Assembly: GCF_004010195.1 (NCBI RefSeq)
Contig: NC_057749.1
Coordinates: 20,411,782 to 20,475,781 of the forward strand
Length of the DNA: 64,000 nucleotides
Source of the DNA: Chiloscyllium plagiosum
Lineage: Eukaryota
Direction of reading: 5' to 3'
Of the stretch, positions 52,141 to 64,000 are shown one piece after another (the stretch's first letter is position 1; each line of letters begins with the position of its first letter). The notes beneath the pieces are model-generated. The model worked only from the letters and a program-made list of their open reading frames with translations. It ran no database searches and had not been told where the DNA came from. Both the position numbers and the translations under genes were made by a program.

Positions 52141-54563
52141 TTCTTTTGTTTGAAAAGGACTTTGGCTATTCACGCCATGTCTCTTTGTTCGGCAACACTC
52201 CCCAGGGCCCTAACATTAACTGCCCTGGTTTGCCTTACCAAGGATCGTTCCACATGCCCCATAAAAAGGCAGCATGCAGTCTAACGGGGACTACATGTCT
52301 CTTTACGGGGTATGCGGAACAATCCTTGTTCCGGTCTTACACTGGCCCCTCCCACAATTTAGGTCATTACATCAACTACTGCTTTGGTGCCATTTCATGC
52401 TCCTGCCAGGTCCTCGAAAACAATTTTGCCTCCATTTTCCACCCCTCTATAACTTCAACGTTTTTCAAAATACCCAACACCTTTTTTGATATTGCCATGC
52501 CCTAGAATACCAACAATGAAGGGTACGTAGATTACTCTGATCTTAGAGTAGGAGAAAAGATTGGCACAACATCGAGGGCCGAAGGGCCTGTACTGTTCTA
52601 TGTTCTATACCCCTCTCTCGACACTCATTCCACCATATGTGAGCATTGATGGAAAGTACTTAAGGACCTCAACCACATCCTCTGGCTCCATGTATAAATT
52701 CCCTATGTGCTAGAGTGGACCTACCCTTTCCCTAGCTACCCTCTTGCTCCCAATAGGTTTAAAACATTTGGGATTTTCCTTAATCCTATTTGCTAAGGTT
52801 ATTTCATGGCCCTTTTAGCACTCTTTATACGTTGTTTAAGTTCTTTCTTGTTTTTTTTATTCTTCCAGGGCCCTGTCTTCAGTTTCCCAAACCTTACACT
52901 TGCTTCATTTTACTTTCTGGCTAAGTTTACAATTTCTCATTATCTAAGGTTCCTGAACCTTGCCATCCGTACCCTTCAATTTCATAGGAACACGGTGGTC
53001 CTGCACTCTAACCAACCAGTCCTTTAACAGGGTCCCACATGACAGATATGAATGTTCCTTTAAACAGCCGCTCCCACTCTACGTTATCCAGTTCCTGCCT
53101 AATATAGTCGTGGTTTGTCTTCCACCAGTTTAGTATTTTCACCCAAAAACAACTTTTATTCCTAAAGTAATGCTAAACGTATGGAATTATGGTCACGGTT
53201 TTTGAAATGCTCCTCCACTGAAACTTTGATCACCTGACTGGGCTTATTCCCTAATACCAGATCTAGAATGGCCCCTTCCCAAACTGGACTACTTACATTT
53301 TGCTTCAAATAAAAAAATACCTCTCCTGGACACATCTTAAACTCATCCCGTCCAAGCACTTGGCAATAAGGGAGCCCCAGTCAGTATACGAGATGTGGCC
53401 CGACGCGGGCTCAGTGCTGACTATCAGTCACGAGGGGACACCTTGCTGATCCCACCATGGCTCAGCACTTAAACTGTAATGTTTGAACTTCCAGATTTAT
53501 TTCTTTATTTTCTACTTATAACTAAAAGTCTGCAATGTGTAACTTTTAAACTCATTGTATATGTTTTATGCTATAATTACTGCAATGTTTAATTTTTAAA
53601 CTTACCTTTCTACCTCGTACTTAAGATTCTGTACCTAGATATTTGTACCAGAAATGGCACCTGGTGTAGCGACATTATACATTTTCCACTGCACTTCCGT
53701 ACTGGAGTACAGGCGACAATAAAATCAAAATCCAGTTCAAATCACCCACTGCAACAACCCTGCTGTTTTCACATTTTTCCATGATCTGCCCACACCTGTT
53801 CTTCTCTCACTGGCTGTCGGGGGACCTGTAGTAAAATCCCTAACTGATTGTACTTTTCCTATTCCTGAGCTCTACCCATATGATCTTGCTGGATGAACCA
53901 GAGGTGTCCTCCTTTGTACAGTTGTGATATTCTCCCTAACGAGTAACAACTCCCCCACACCTTTTACATTCCTATCTCGCCTGAAATATCAAACTGCCGG
54001 TCTTTTGTCTCTCACAACCAAGTGTCTGTAATAGCTACAATATCATAGTTACGTGTACTAATGCAACCTCTAAATTCATCTGCCTTTGATCCTTGAGGAG
54101 AGGTTGGGCCTATAATCACTGGAGCTTAGACGAATGAAAAGTGAACTTGTCAAAACACACAAGATTGTAAGGGGACTTCTGACGATAGATGCAGGAAGGT
54201 CTTTTCCCCTTAGTGGGAGAGTCTAGGGCCAGAGGATATAATCTCAGAATAATAACTAATTTAAGACAAATGGAGGAATCGTGTTCTCTCAGAGGCTAGT
54301 GACCCTGTGGAATTCTTTCCTGTAGAGGGCGGTCAGGCTGGGTCTTAGTATATTCAAGGCCAAGGTAGAGAGGTTTTTGAATCAGTGTGGGAATGAGTTA
54401 TTTGAAAAGTGGAGTGGAGGATTATCAGATCAGCCAAGTTCTCTGAATAGCAGAACAGATGGACTGAATGGCCTGCTCCCATGTCTTACAGTGTTTATCA
54501 AAACGTTAACAGTCTCTCTCTACAAAGATACTGCCAGAGCAGCTGAGTTCCTCCAGCATTGTT

Positions 54564-54569
54564 TTTATT
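54564..54569 (-). terminator. Candidate polyadenylation signal (AATAAA) for KTI12
   Basis: tttatt on the + strand ~165 nt past the stop codon; not verified as used. Confidence 0.35.
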
Positions 54570-54733
54570 TCTTCACCCTCCAGTAACTTGTATCGCAAGA
54601 GTCTTCTTACTAAAGTGCCCTGGTTTTAAGCATCAATATTTTCAACTGGACAGGCAAACAAGAAAATGATCTTGGTCTAAAAACACTTTAATATAATTAA
54701 AGAAATCCATGTCACAATCTGCCACTTTGCTCG

Positions 54734-54877
54734 CTAGTGTAGGCTGCGGTTAATGTACTGCACAAACATGTTCGCTATCTGTCCGATATTCTCCGTCGGG
54801 TGCATCTTGGTGTAGCTGATGAACTGCCGCCTCAGTTTACGAAGTTCCGCCATTTGCAGGCTTCGTGTTAGCTCAAT
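54734..54877 (-). CDS. KTI12: KTI12 homolog terminal coding exon (IELTRSLQMAELRKLRRQFISYTKMHPTENIGQIANMFVQYINRSLH*)
   Basis: Conserved Kti12 C-terminus (MAELxxLRRQFISYTKMHP...ANMFxQY...SLH); TAG at 54736-54734. Confidence 0.96.
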   Translation of the reverse strand: MELTRSLQMAELRKLRRQFISYTKMHPTENIGQIANMFVQYINRSLH

Positions 54878-55851
54878 GTGCCATCAAGATTAAGGAAAGA
54901 AATCATTTAATTGAATAACCTGCCCCACCAAACAACACTTGAAGCTTTTGGCAATTGTTATAGTGTCACAATTTGGGAAAATGCAAATATCTATTGACTC
55001 AGAAGTAAATAAAATTTGCACTTCTGTCATGCCTTTGGACAACTGTTACAGACTTTGTATACAGTGGAAACATGTGAAGTGCAGCTTTCCCATTCCTCTC
55101 CCAATAGTGGCAAAAGAACTTATACATCCACCCCAGGAAATCAGACAAACTCCCTGTTTAAAGGTATCGGTACTGCACTAGAGGAGGCAGCTATGCAGAC
55201 CTAGTCTTACCAACCCCAGTCCTCAACTTAATCTTAAGCCCAAAAAAGGGCTCCCGTGACAGAGTGGTAGTATCCATATCTCTGGGCAAGGCGGCCCACA
55301 TTCAAGCCCCACCAGCTTCGAGGCTTTGCCATAACACATTTGAACAAGCTGATGAAAATATCTAAATCTGGTGAATTTTCTGCTGCAACACTTCCATTAT
55401 AGTCCTACATCTCACCTAAAGTGCTGTTCCCAGTGCTGAAAGCTATATTCCACTCACAGCTGAGAAAGAATGTCACAACAACAGAACCCTTGAGATAATG
55501 GCGAGACTCCATTAGCTCTCTGAATTTTTTTTGTGTGTCTGCCTGGAGGCTTTTAGTGACTTCTGTATCTAGCACCTAAATCTCTCAGCTCCTGACAGCC
55601 CCCAGCTCCTCAGCCTTTAGAGGATGTGATCTGTTCTGCCAAAAGCCAACACAGATGACCTCACGGTTCACACAGTGAACTCTATCAAACAGTTTTCTTC
55701 CCACTCAATCAAGTGTTAGCGAGATGCTGTACTCAAGCCCCTCGAGTGTAGCTTCAGCACACACCTTCTGACTCAGAGGCGAGTGCACTACCATTACAAA
55801 AGGATCTAAAATGATAGTTTTAAAATTTAAAAGCATTTTATAAAAGGATAT
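54878..55851 (-). other. KTI12: U12-type (minor spliceosome) AT-AC intron, last intron of KTI12, 974 nt
   Basis: 5' end ATATCCTTTT; branch site TTCCTTAAT at 54897-54889; 3' end ...GATGGCAC; splicing keeps the frame (NVK|IEL). Confidence 0.93.
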
Positions 55852-55920
55852 CTTCACATTGGCTCCAGGCACCGTTATCAGGTCTCCAGGTACACTCGTC
55901 TTCTGTGTGTTTAATATGGT
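55852..55920 (-). CDS. KTI12: KTI12 homolog exon (TILNTQKTSVPGDLITVPGANVK)
   Basis: cttttAG acceptor; 69 nt; matches KTI12 QKxxVPGDL; followed directly by ATATCCTTT (U12 5' splice site). Confidence 0.92.
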
Positions 55921-57649
55921 CTAAAAGTTTAAAGGAACAACATTTCAAAATGCATATTTTGACAATTAACATCACAAAGTGAAGCAACAATGGTGTGCTA
56001 AGGGAAGACAGTGCAAACAGGGCATAGTGGATTAGGTTCTGACCCATTAACGTGGCCTGTATTTAAACCCAGCTCCCACTCTGTCCATTAGCTGGAAAGA
56101 TCCTGTACGAAGGTAGTTTGGGTCATCTATCAAACACTTTTATGGGATGTGTTTTCTCTGCACAAAACTGCCCCAAAAATGTCTCTAAATTCCCACCTTG
56201 CTCAGGCAGGCCTTTGGACAACAGCGACAGGAAAGAAGGTCCAGGGAAGTGGGTTAATGGGAATAACATCTTGGTACATGAGGAAGCAGTATTGTGAAGG
56301 TGTGGGATTCAGGTTGACAGCATGAATATTCGTCCTCCTCCCAGCTCGTATACCATGAGGAGACAGACAGAGGAGGAGGAGGAGGAGGAGGAGGACACCA
56401 TGAAAGGAAAAGTTTGATTATCTTTTTCCCACCCAATTTGAGCACACAAAGAAAAGCAAAGTACTGAAAGGGCTGGTAGCAATGATGAGTGACAATAATG
56501 CGCTATCACCTCAATCAGCCAAAACTCCCTCAGTTACAAGGTGGAAATAGTTTAGATCCAGCTCCCCAGTGAGACACTGAATCGGTACACACCCAGAATG
56601 GTTAGTGAGAGAAATGGAAGCAAGTGATTCATAAACTTAATAATGATGGATAGGGTCTAAACAATGACTGATATGCGATATTATCCACCTGAGGTTTACT
56701 GAAAATAACTCTTTAAATATGTATTTATAAAACCCTTTCTTGTGACCACTGGACATCAAAGCACTTAATGTATGAAATGCAATGATTGGTGTAATGTAGG
56801 AAATACAGTAGTTAATTCATGCACAGCAAGCTCCCAAAACCAGCAATATGATAACCTGTTTTTGTGACATTGGTTCAAGGTTAAATAGGGGCCAGGATAG
56901 AGCCTGCAAAATAACAATGGAATGTTTAACATCCATGTGAGGACCATGTTTAACATCCATGTTTAAGGTCTCGCAAAAGGCAGCAACTCAATCAGTGCAG
57001 CACAGAGAGAGACAGCGTTCAGTTTTGTGCTCAAACCCTGGAGTGCAACTCTACCTTGAAGGTGGCTGACTCAGGTAAAAGAATATGACCTTCTGAAGAC
57101 AGTTCAATGTGTTTCAGAGTAAGCAACACTTTTTTTTTGAAGTTTGTTTTTAAATTATTTGATTCAAACGGGAGTTTGCTGGCAAGAGGATCATTAGCTG
57201 TCCATTCTTAATTGCCTTTGAACTGAGTAGTTTGCTGGGTCATTTCAGAGTCAACCATATTGCTGTAGGTCTGAAGTCACATATCGGGCAGACCAGGTAA
57301 GGATGGCAGATTTCCTCCCAAAGGAAATTAGTGAACCAGATGAGATTGTGTGTCAATTAATAAAAGCTTATTACTAAACAGGTTGGAGGCGGTGGATGGC
57401 AGATTTCCTCCCAAAGGAAATTAGTGAACCAGATGAGATTGTGTGTCAATTAATAAAAGCTTATTACTAAACTATCTGTAGAACTAGCTTTCAATTCCAG
57501 ATTTTTAAAAAAGTAATCGAATTTAAACTCCACCTGCTGCCATTGTCCTCAGCATTACTGGAGCAGTGACATTACTATTACCCTACTGTCTCTCCCTGAG
57601 GAATTAATTTTCCACCCAACACGAATAATTCCTCCCAAACAAAACTCAC

Positions 57650-57712
57650 CGTGACCATCTCCTGTGTAACTCGATCCAACTCATACATGAAGTTTGTCGA
57701 GGAAAGTGGTTG
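57650..57712 (-). CDS. KTI12: KTI12 homolog exon (QPLSSTNFMYELDRVTQEMVT)
   Basis: attttCAG acceptor and GTGAG donor; 63 nt, phase 0/0; matches the KTI12 QPL..NFL.ELD..TQ segment. Confidence 0.93.
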
Positions 57713-58149
57713 CTGAAAATGAACATTAAAAGGATAAACATTAATTGTGGCTTAATTATTGGCACTAAAGAACAGAAAGACAACAATCGCACATGCCCTA
57801 CCCAGTACCTCTAGCCCATGCCTGATGATCTGTAAAAGGTCAACACTTCACACAATTCATGGAATTCATCTTTTAAGGGAGGCTGTTCAGTCCATTGAGC
57901 CCAGCTCTTTAAAAGGAGCTTTTCAGTTAATCCTACACTCTGTTCAGTCCCTTATTCAGCATGCACTCAAGTTCCTTTTGAAATTTTCTGTTAAACATGC
58001 TTTCAGGATTATTCTAGATGATAAACCCATGGGTGAAAAAACCCCTCATTTTCCCCCTGACCAATTATCTTAAATCTGGATCCTCGGATTACCAGCCTTC
58101 CTGCTAATCAGATCAGCTTTTCTTCATTAATTCCATCAAAACTCCTCAA

Positions 58150-59660
58150 ATCATACGGAACGGAAACAGACCCCTCGGTCCAACCTGTCCATGCCAGCCA
58201 GTTTCTAAAATGAACATGCCCCATATCCCTCTAAACCTTTCCAATTCATGTACCTGTCCAAATGTGTTTTAAATGTTGTGACTGTACCTGCATCTACCAC
58301 TTCCTCTGGCAGTTTATTCCACACACTAACCAATCTCAGAAAGAGCTGCCCCTCAGGTCCCTTTTAAAATCTTCCTTCTCTCACCTTAACGATATGCTCC
58401 CCCTGTTTTGAAATCCCCCATCCTAGGGAAAAGATCATTGCTAATCACCTTATCTTTGCCCCTCATGATTTTACGAACCTCTATAAAAGGTCACCCCACA
58501 ACCTCCTATCCTCCAGTGAAAAGAATCCCAGCCTCTCCTTATAACTCAAACCCTCCAGTCCCAGCAACATTCTGGCCAATTTTGCAGGGCAATCAGCACT
58601 GTACACAGTACTCAAAAAGTGGCCTCACATGACATCTCAACGCCTGTACTCAATGGTCTCAGTAATGAATATACTAAATGCTGCCTTAATGACCTGGTCT
58701 ACCTGTGATGCAACTTTCATCTGTGCTCCAACAAATTCCAATTTAAAAACAAACTTTAAACTAATTCACAAGCAATATGCTAGATTGAGGCATTTAAGAG
58801 GGCACTGGATGATTATTTGAATGAAAATAGTTTGCAAGGATGTGTGGAGAAAACTGAAGATTGACACTAGGTAATGATGTTGATTTGATGAGTTGCTGCA
58901 GGCATGATGGGTCCAATGGTTGTCTTCTGTGACAATTCTGTGATTCAACCTTTAATGAACATAGAGTCAGAGATATACAGCGTGGAAACAGACCCCTTGG
59001 TCCAACTCGTCCAGGGCAACCAGATACGCCAAATTAATCTAGTCCCATTTGCCAGCACTTGGCCCATATCCCTCTAAACCCTTTCTATTCATATACCCAT
59101 CCAGCTGCGTTTTAAATGTTGTAACTGTACCAGTCTCCACCACTTCCTCTGGCAGCTCATTCCATATACACACCACCGTTTGTGTGAAAAAGTCACCCCT
59201 TAGGTCCTTTTTAAATCTTTCTCCTCTTACTTTAAACCTATAACCTCTAACTTTGGACTCATCCCCACCCCCAAAAAAGGCAGCATCTCACATTTATCTA
59301 AATTAAATTCCATCTATCACTCCTTGGCCCATCTGATCTAGATCCCGTTGTACTCAGGAGGTAATTTCCTTCGCTGTCTACTTCACCACCAATTTTGATG
59401 TCATGTGCAAACTTATTAACTATACCCATGTTCACATCCAAATCATTTATACAATTGACGAAAAGCAGTGAACGCACCATCGATCCTTGTGCAGCATCAC
59501 TACTCACAGGCTTCCAATCTGAAAAGCAACCCTCCACCATCACCCTCTGTCTCCTAACTTCAAGCCAGTTCTGTACCCAAACGGCTAGTTCTGCCTATGT
59601 TTTATGTGATCTAACCTTGTAAACCAGTCTACCATGTACAACCTCGTCAAACGCCGAAGG
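58150..59660 (-). mobile_element. Decayed CR1 fragments in a KTI12 intron
   Basis: VEGCFSDWKPV, KFAHDIKIGG and HER1-like 3' tails. Confidence 0.8.
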
Positions 59661-60660
59661 CAGAATATCTGCAGGTTTGTCCCTGCCCTGGTGCTCAGTT
59701 ATCTGCTGACAACAATTGCCAGGATATTTCCTTCTGTAAAGGGTATTGGGAACAGAAGAAATTGGATCAGGAGGTAGCCATTTGGATCCTCAAACCCTCT
59801 CTGCCATTCAACTAAGTCATGGGTGGCCTTCTATCTCAACACCACCATTTTCCTGTACTACCTCCATGTCCTTAGATATCTTTAATATCTAGAAATATAG
59901 AAATGTATTAATCTTCGAAAAGCATGGCTTTTTTTCCAATAATCGATGATAGTTTTACCAGGTCTCTAGCAACAATTGAAGGAGAAATGTGGGATAAGAG
60001 GAGGGAGAAAAATTTTAAAAACCAGATATAAAAACAACGTTGAGTCATGGAACGAGGGAGGCTTGAAGAAAGCCAGGAGTAGAGACTGTTCTACTATAAC
60101 AGGATAGCTTCTTTCCTCTGCTACCCTGCACCATTGAAAATCGTGCTATGGAAAAGCCACTATATAAAATTGCACTGCACAAGATCACGATAGAAAATCA
60201 CTATACCCATTCAGTAGAAAATTTGCATTATCCAAACACCGTTCACAATTTGTCAAATCGCATTACAGCCAATTGTGTTAACGAAACACATTATACCAGA
60301 GTAACCTGTATGATGACGGCAACAATCCCACAGGCCACAGTGACAAAAACAAATGAGGATTCTGAAAGAGACATCACAAGACCACAAGCCTTCAACTGCT
60401 CTTTGAATTCTACACTCAGTATTAATAGAATCCAACTTCCACCAGATGATGTGGTAGATTTTGACCTTTTGCTCTCAGCATTAGCTTGAATCTCTGGATT
60501 AATAGTCCAGTGACACTACCACTCTACCATCATCTCCCCTTGCTAACTTGACTCACAGCAGTGCCCTGGATTTGTGTCTCTAATTCCTGGATCAACCAGG
60601 CCATACTAGATTACTAGCAATTCTAAACACATACAGGCACCACTCGCTGTCCTCACTCAC

Positions 60661-60820
60661 GTTCAGTGTTGACTGGTTGGGTGGTGGGGCTTTCCTATGG
60701 AAGACTGCATCATATATCGCTTCAAAGGGGAGGGCATCATCTTTCTGGATGGTGAACAATGGACTATCCCACCGGTTCCGGGATTCTGGGGCCTCAAATC
60801 GCATCACCAGCTCATCGAAA
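60661..60820 (-). CDS. KTI12: KTI12 homolog exon (FDELVMRFEAPESRNRWDSPLFTIQKDDALPFEAIYDAVFHRKAPPPNQSTLN)
   Basis: Hallmark Kti12 motifs RFEAPxSRNRWDxPLF and APPPNQST; acceptor ttccttAAG and donor GTGAG; 160 nt, phase 2 in, phase 0 out. Confidence 0.95.
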
Positions 60821-62031
60821 CTTAAGGAATTGCAAAACAGAGAAAGAGAGAACAGTCATAACCAACTCAAAAAGGTTGAGAGAGCAAACAGTGCGTGGAC
60901 TGGGAGGGCTTTACAGAACATTGTAACATTGAATTCATACTGCACCTTCCATAAACTAGTAACATGTAACCAAACATAATTAGACAATGGGCCATATTAG
61001 AACGAGAAAAACTTTTGACTATAGGGCAGTTTGTGATATCCAGTGTTCACATGAAGAGCCCATTAAGTTCTTTTGTATAGCTACCGTTATAATAGCACAA
61101 AAGAACTGCAGATGCTGGAAATCAGAAACAAAAACTAAAATTGCTGGAGAAACTCAGCAGGTGTGCAACATGCGTAGAGGAAAAGCGGAGTTAATGTTAC
61201 AAGTCCAGTGACAAAAAAAAAGGTCACTGGACTCTAATGTTAATTCTAGTTACTGGTTGAAATGCTGTAACGTATAAAATGAGGCAGGAAATTTGTGTAA
61301 TCAGACTTCCTACAATTATAATGACCAGATAAGTATTTTTCCCCCCCCATGTGGATCCAGGCATAAATACTGAACGTGACACAGAAGATGCTCCTCTTAT
61401 TTTCTTCAAAGTAACGTCAAGAGAATGTTTGCACCCAGAGGGAGCAGGGTCAGAGGACATTAAACATTAACAGTGATTTTCTCTCCACAGATGCTGCCAG
61501 ACCTGCTGAGATTATCCAGAACTTTGTTTCAAATTCCCAGCATCTGGAGTTTTTTTATTTTAGTGAAACCATGTAACATGCCTTCCACTAGGACTCAGAC
61601 AGCCCATGCAACTACAAAGCAAGCAAAGAACGACGTGGAAGGGGACATTGTATAAACTAAAAGTCAAAATGGCTGGGAAACAAGATTTTGAAACAAAAAC
61701 AAATTGCTGGAGAACCTCTGTCCATTTGACAGCATCTGTGGCGAGAAAACAGAGTTAACGTTTTGCATTCAGTGACCCTTCTTGTGAAGGGGACACCTGT
61801 ACAGCATAAACACGAGCTTGGCTGAATGGTCTGTTTCTGTGCTGTTAGTCCTACGATCCCATGACTGGTTGGCATAAAATGGAGGACATTAAATATCTGA
61901 ACTCATCTTTAATTTCTAAAGAACTAGGTGGACTACAACTAATGGATTATGAAAATCCACATTTTATACCAGGTTTAGAACCCCTTATTCATTAACTTAT
62001 GGATTGGACTTTTGATTCTAATGGAGAGGAG

Positions 62032-62223
62032 TAGAGAGTGTGTCGCTGGAAATGCACAAGTCAGGCAGCATTCGAACAGGAGAATCGATGTTTCAGATTC
62101 CTGATTAAAGTCTCCGGCTTGAGATGTTGATTCTCCTGTTCCTCGGATGCTGCCTCACCTGCTGTCCTTTTCCAGCAACACACTCTCAACTCTGATCTCC
62201 AGCAGCTGCAGACCTCACTTTCC
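62032..62223. mobile_element. Short palindromic Penelope-derived insertion in a KTI12 intron
   Basis: Inverted arms; TSD tctaatggagag(g/a)ag at 62017-62031 and 62224-62238. Confidence 0.8.
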
Positions 62224-62394
62224 TCTAATGGAGAGAAGCTACAGATTCAGGCCACACCATTCAGGTAGGCTTTGGGTAGCAGAAAAAGACTGTGTACACA
62301 TCAGATAACCAGAAGCAATAACTATTCATCAAGGATCACAATGTCAGCATTTCTAGCAAGTTATCAAGAAGGCAAATGCAAGTTGTGAATGGTG

Positions 62395-63090
62395 CTGAAC
62401 ATTGGACAATCATCGGCAAATATCCCTACTCTGACCTTATGGTGGTGGGAAATTCATTGATTAAGCAGCTGAAGGTGGTTGGGCCTAAGATACTACCCTG
62501 AGGAACTCCTGCAGAGATTCCTGGAGCTGAGATGACTGACCTCCAATGACCACGAACGCCTTATGTGTCAGATACGATTCTGACCATTGGAGAGTTTGTC
62601 CCCAATACCCATTGATTCCAGTTTTCTAGGGTTTCTTGATGCCACACTCAGTCAAACGTAGCCTTGATGTTAAATGCTGTCACACTCACCTCACTTCTGT
62701 ACATGTCTGAACCAAAGCTGTAGTTTAGGTCAGGAGCTGAGTGGCCTTTGCAGAACCCAAGAGCATCACTGAGCAAGTGCTACTTGATAGCACTGGTGAT
62801 CATTTTACTGATGATTGAGGGTAGACTGATGGGACAGTAATTGCCTGCTTTGGACTTGTCCTGCTTTTTATGAACAGGATATACCTGGGCAATATCCCAC
62901 TGAAGCCAGTGCTGAACTAGAACATATTGGCTCAGGGAGCAGCAAGTTCTGGAGCACAAGTCGTCAGTACTATTGCCAGAATGTTGTCAGGACCTGTAGC
63001 CTTTGCAGTATCCAGTGTTTTCAACTGTTTCTTGACATCACGTGAAGTGAATCGAATTGGCTGAAGTCTGCTATCTGTAATGCTGGAGAC
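62395..63090 (-). mobile_element. Decayed non-LTR retrotransposon RT fragment (CR1/L2-like) in a KTI12 intron
   Basis: LDTAKATGPDNILAIVLTTCAPELAAP; GVPQGSILGP-like motif near 62480-62510. Confidence 0.75.
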
Positions 63091-63536
63091 CACTCTCTCG
63101 CCAGAAAGCAGTGGGAAATGGGTCATTTCAGATTTTTAAGGCAGAGTTAGATTGATTCTTAATTGACAAGGAAATTGGAATTGCAGCACAATCAGATAAG
63201 CTATGATCTTAAAGAATGACAGAGAAGGCCGAGGGGAACAAATAGGCTACTCATGCTCACAATTCATGTGCGTTCGTATGTTACTTAGAACAGTTATGAT
63301 TCTAACAAACATGCTCACCGAAGAACCATCTAAATGATAACCTCAGAATTTACTTGTGATCTCAAGATGGTTAAGATAATGACACCGATCTAGCACTGCA
63401 TGAGGGAAGAGTGACACCAAGTCAAATAGTGGCTTCCCAGCTGAGACTAATGCACTGGTCCAGCTGTTGGATGTCACCAGATTGGACAACATTGCTTTAA
63501 CACTGAACAGGACAACAACAGCGGTAGCAAGCTCAC

Positions 63537-63616
63537 ATTTCCTGGGAGTATTGCTCCTCTGGCTCTCTGTTCCGGTTCCACAATGAACAGACATCGACAG
63601 CAGTGTCACAGTGAAT
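63537..63616 (-). CDS. KTI12: KTI12 homolog, internal coding exon (IHCDTAVDVCSLWNRNREPEEQYSQE[I])
   Basis: Acceptor ...tttttgtttctAG and donor GTGAG; 80 nt ending in phase 2 (AT), completed by T of the next exon; peptide fits the segment before the KTI12 RFEAP motif. Upstream exons lie beyond the window. Confidence 0.85.
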
Positions 63617-64000
63617 CTAGAAACAAAAACAAAAATCCAATCTTATCCTCAACAGGAAATAGGCTTCACTAACAAAAGTACAGTACTCCAGATGCTGAAC
63701 TTCTGAAATTAAAAGAACATGTCAGAAACACCCTGGTCAGAAGTTCTGTGGGAAGTTAGACAGTTAACATTTCAGATTGATGACATTTTATTGGAATTGG
63801 GAAAAAGTTATGGATGGAACAGATTTTAAAGGGGGAGACAGAGAGAACAGAGGAAGGGATGAAAGGAGAAAAAGATCAGTAATAGGTGGAAGTGTGGAGA
63901 TAGTAAATGACAAAAGGATGAGGATGCAAAGTGAATGTGGTGATAATGGGAAAACTAAAAGTTTGGGTTTACACAGGTATAAATGGAATGGCAGAATCAG

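Noticed and set aside
63343..63609. 88-aa ORF in the ORF track
   Set aside because: An out-of-frame reading over the real KTI12 exon 63537-63616 and intron sequence.

Overview
Eukaryotic, transposon-dense vertebrate DNA. The abundant HE1/V-SINE and CR1/HER1 repeats point to a cartilaginous fish (shark); this is inference. Two spliced minus-strand protein-coding genes can be built by hand with phase-consistent exons. (1) The 3' five coding exons of KTI12 (63616->54734); its last intron is a minor-spliceosome AT-AC intron (54878-55851). (2) The 5' part of an uncharacterised gene with two CCCH zinc fingers, an RWD/UBC-like FPxxYP segment and an acidic tract (ATG at 13692, running off the left edge); its GC-rich promoter is a ~35-bp tandem array of seven NRF1-like sites. 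The ~38 kb between the genes and most introns are nested CR1 LINEs, HE1 SINEs, one full-length decayed L1 with a 14-bp TSD, MITEs and Penelope-like (GIY-YIG) elements. The most striking non-coding signal is a set of short palindromic insertions with 12-15-bp TSDs. They carry minimal type I hammerhead ribozyme cores (CUGAnGA-n-stemII-GAAA-palindrome-UH) in at least three sequence families whose stems co-vary. Assembly gaps: 7423-7430, 23031-23032, 34731-35603, 43499-44483. Repeat boundaries are approximate unless a TSD or TIR is quoted.
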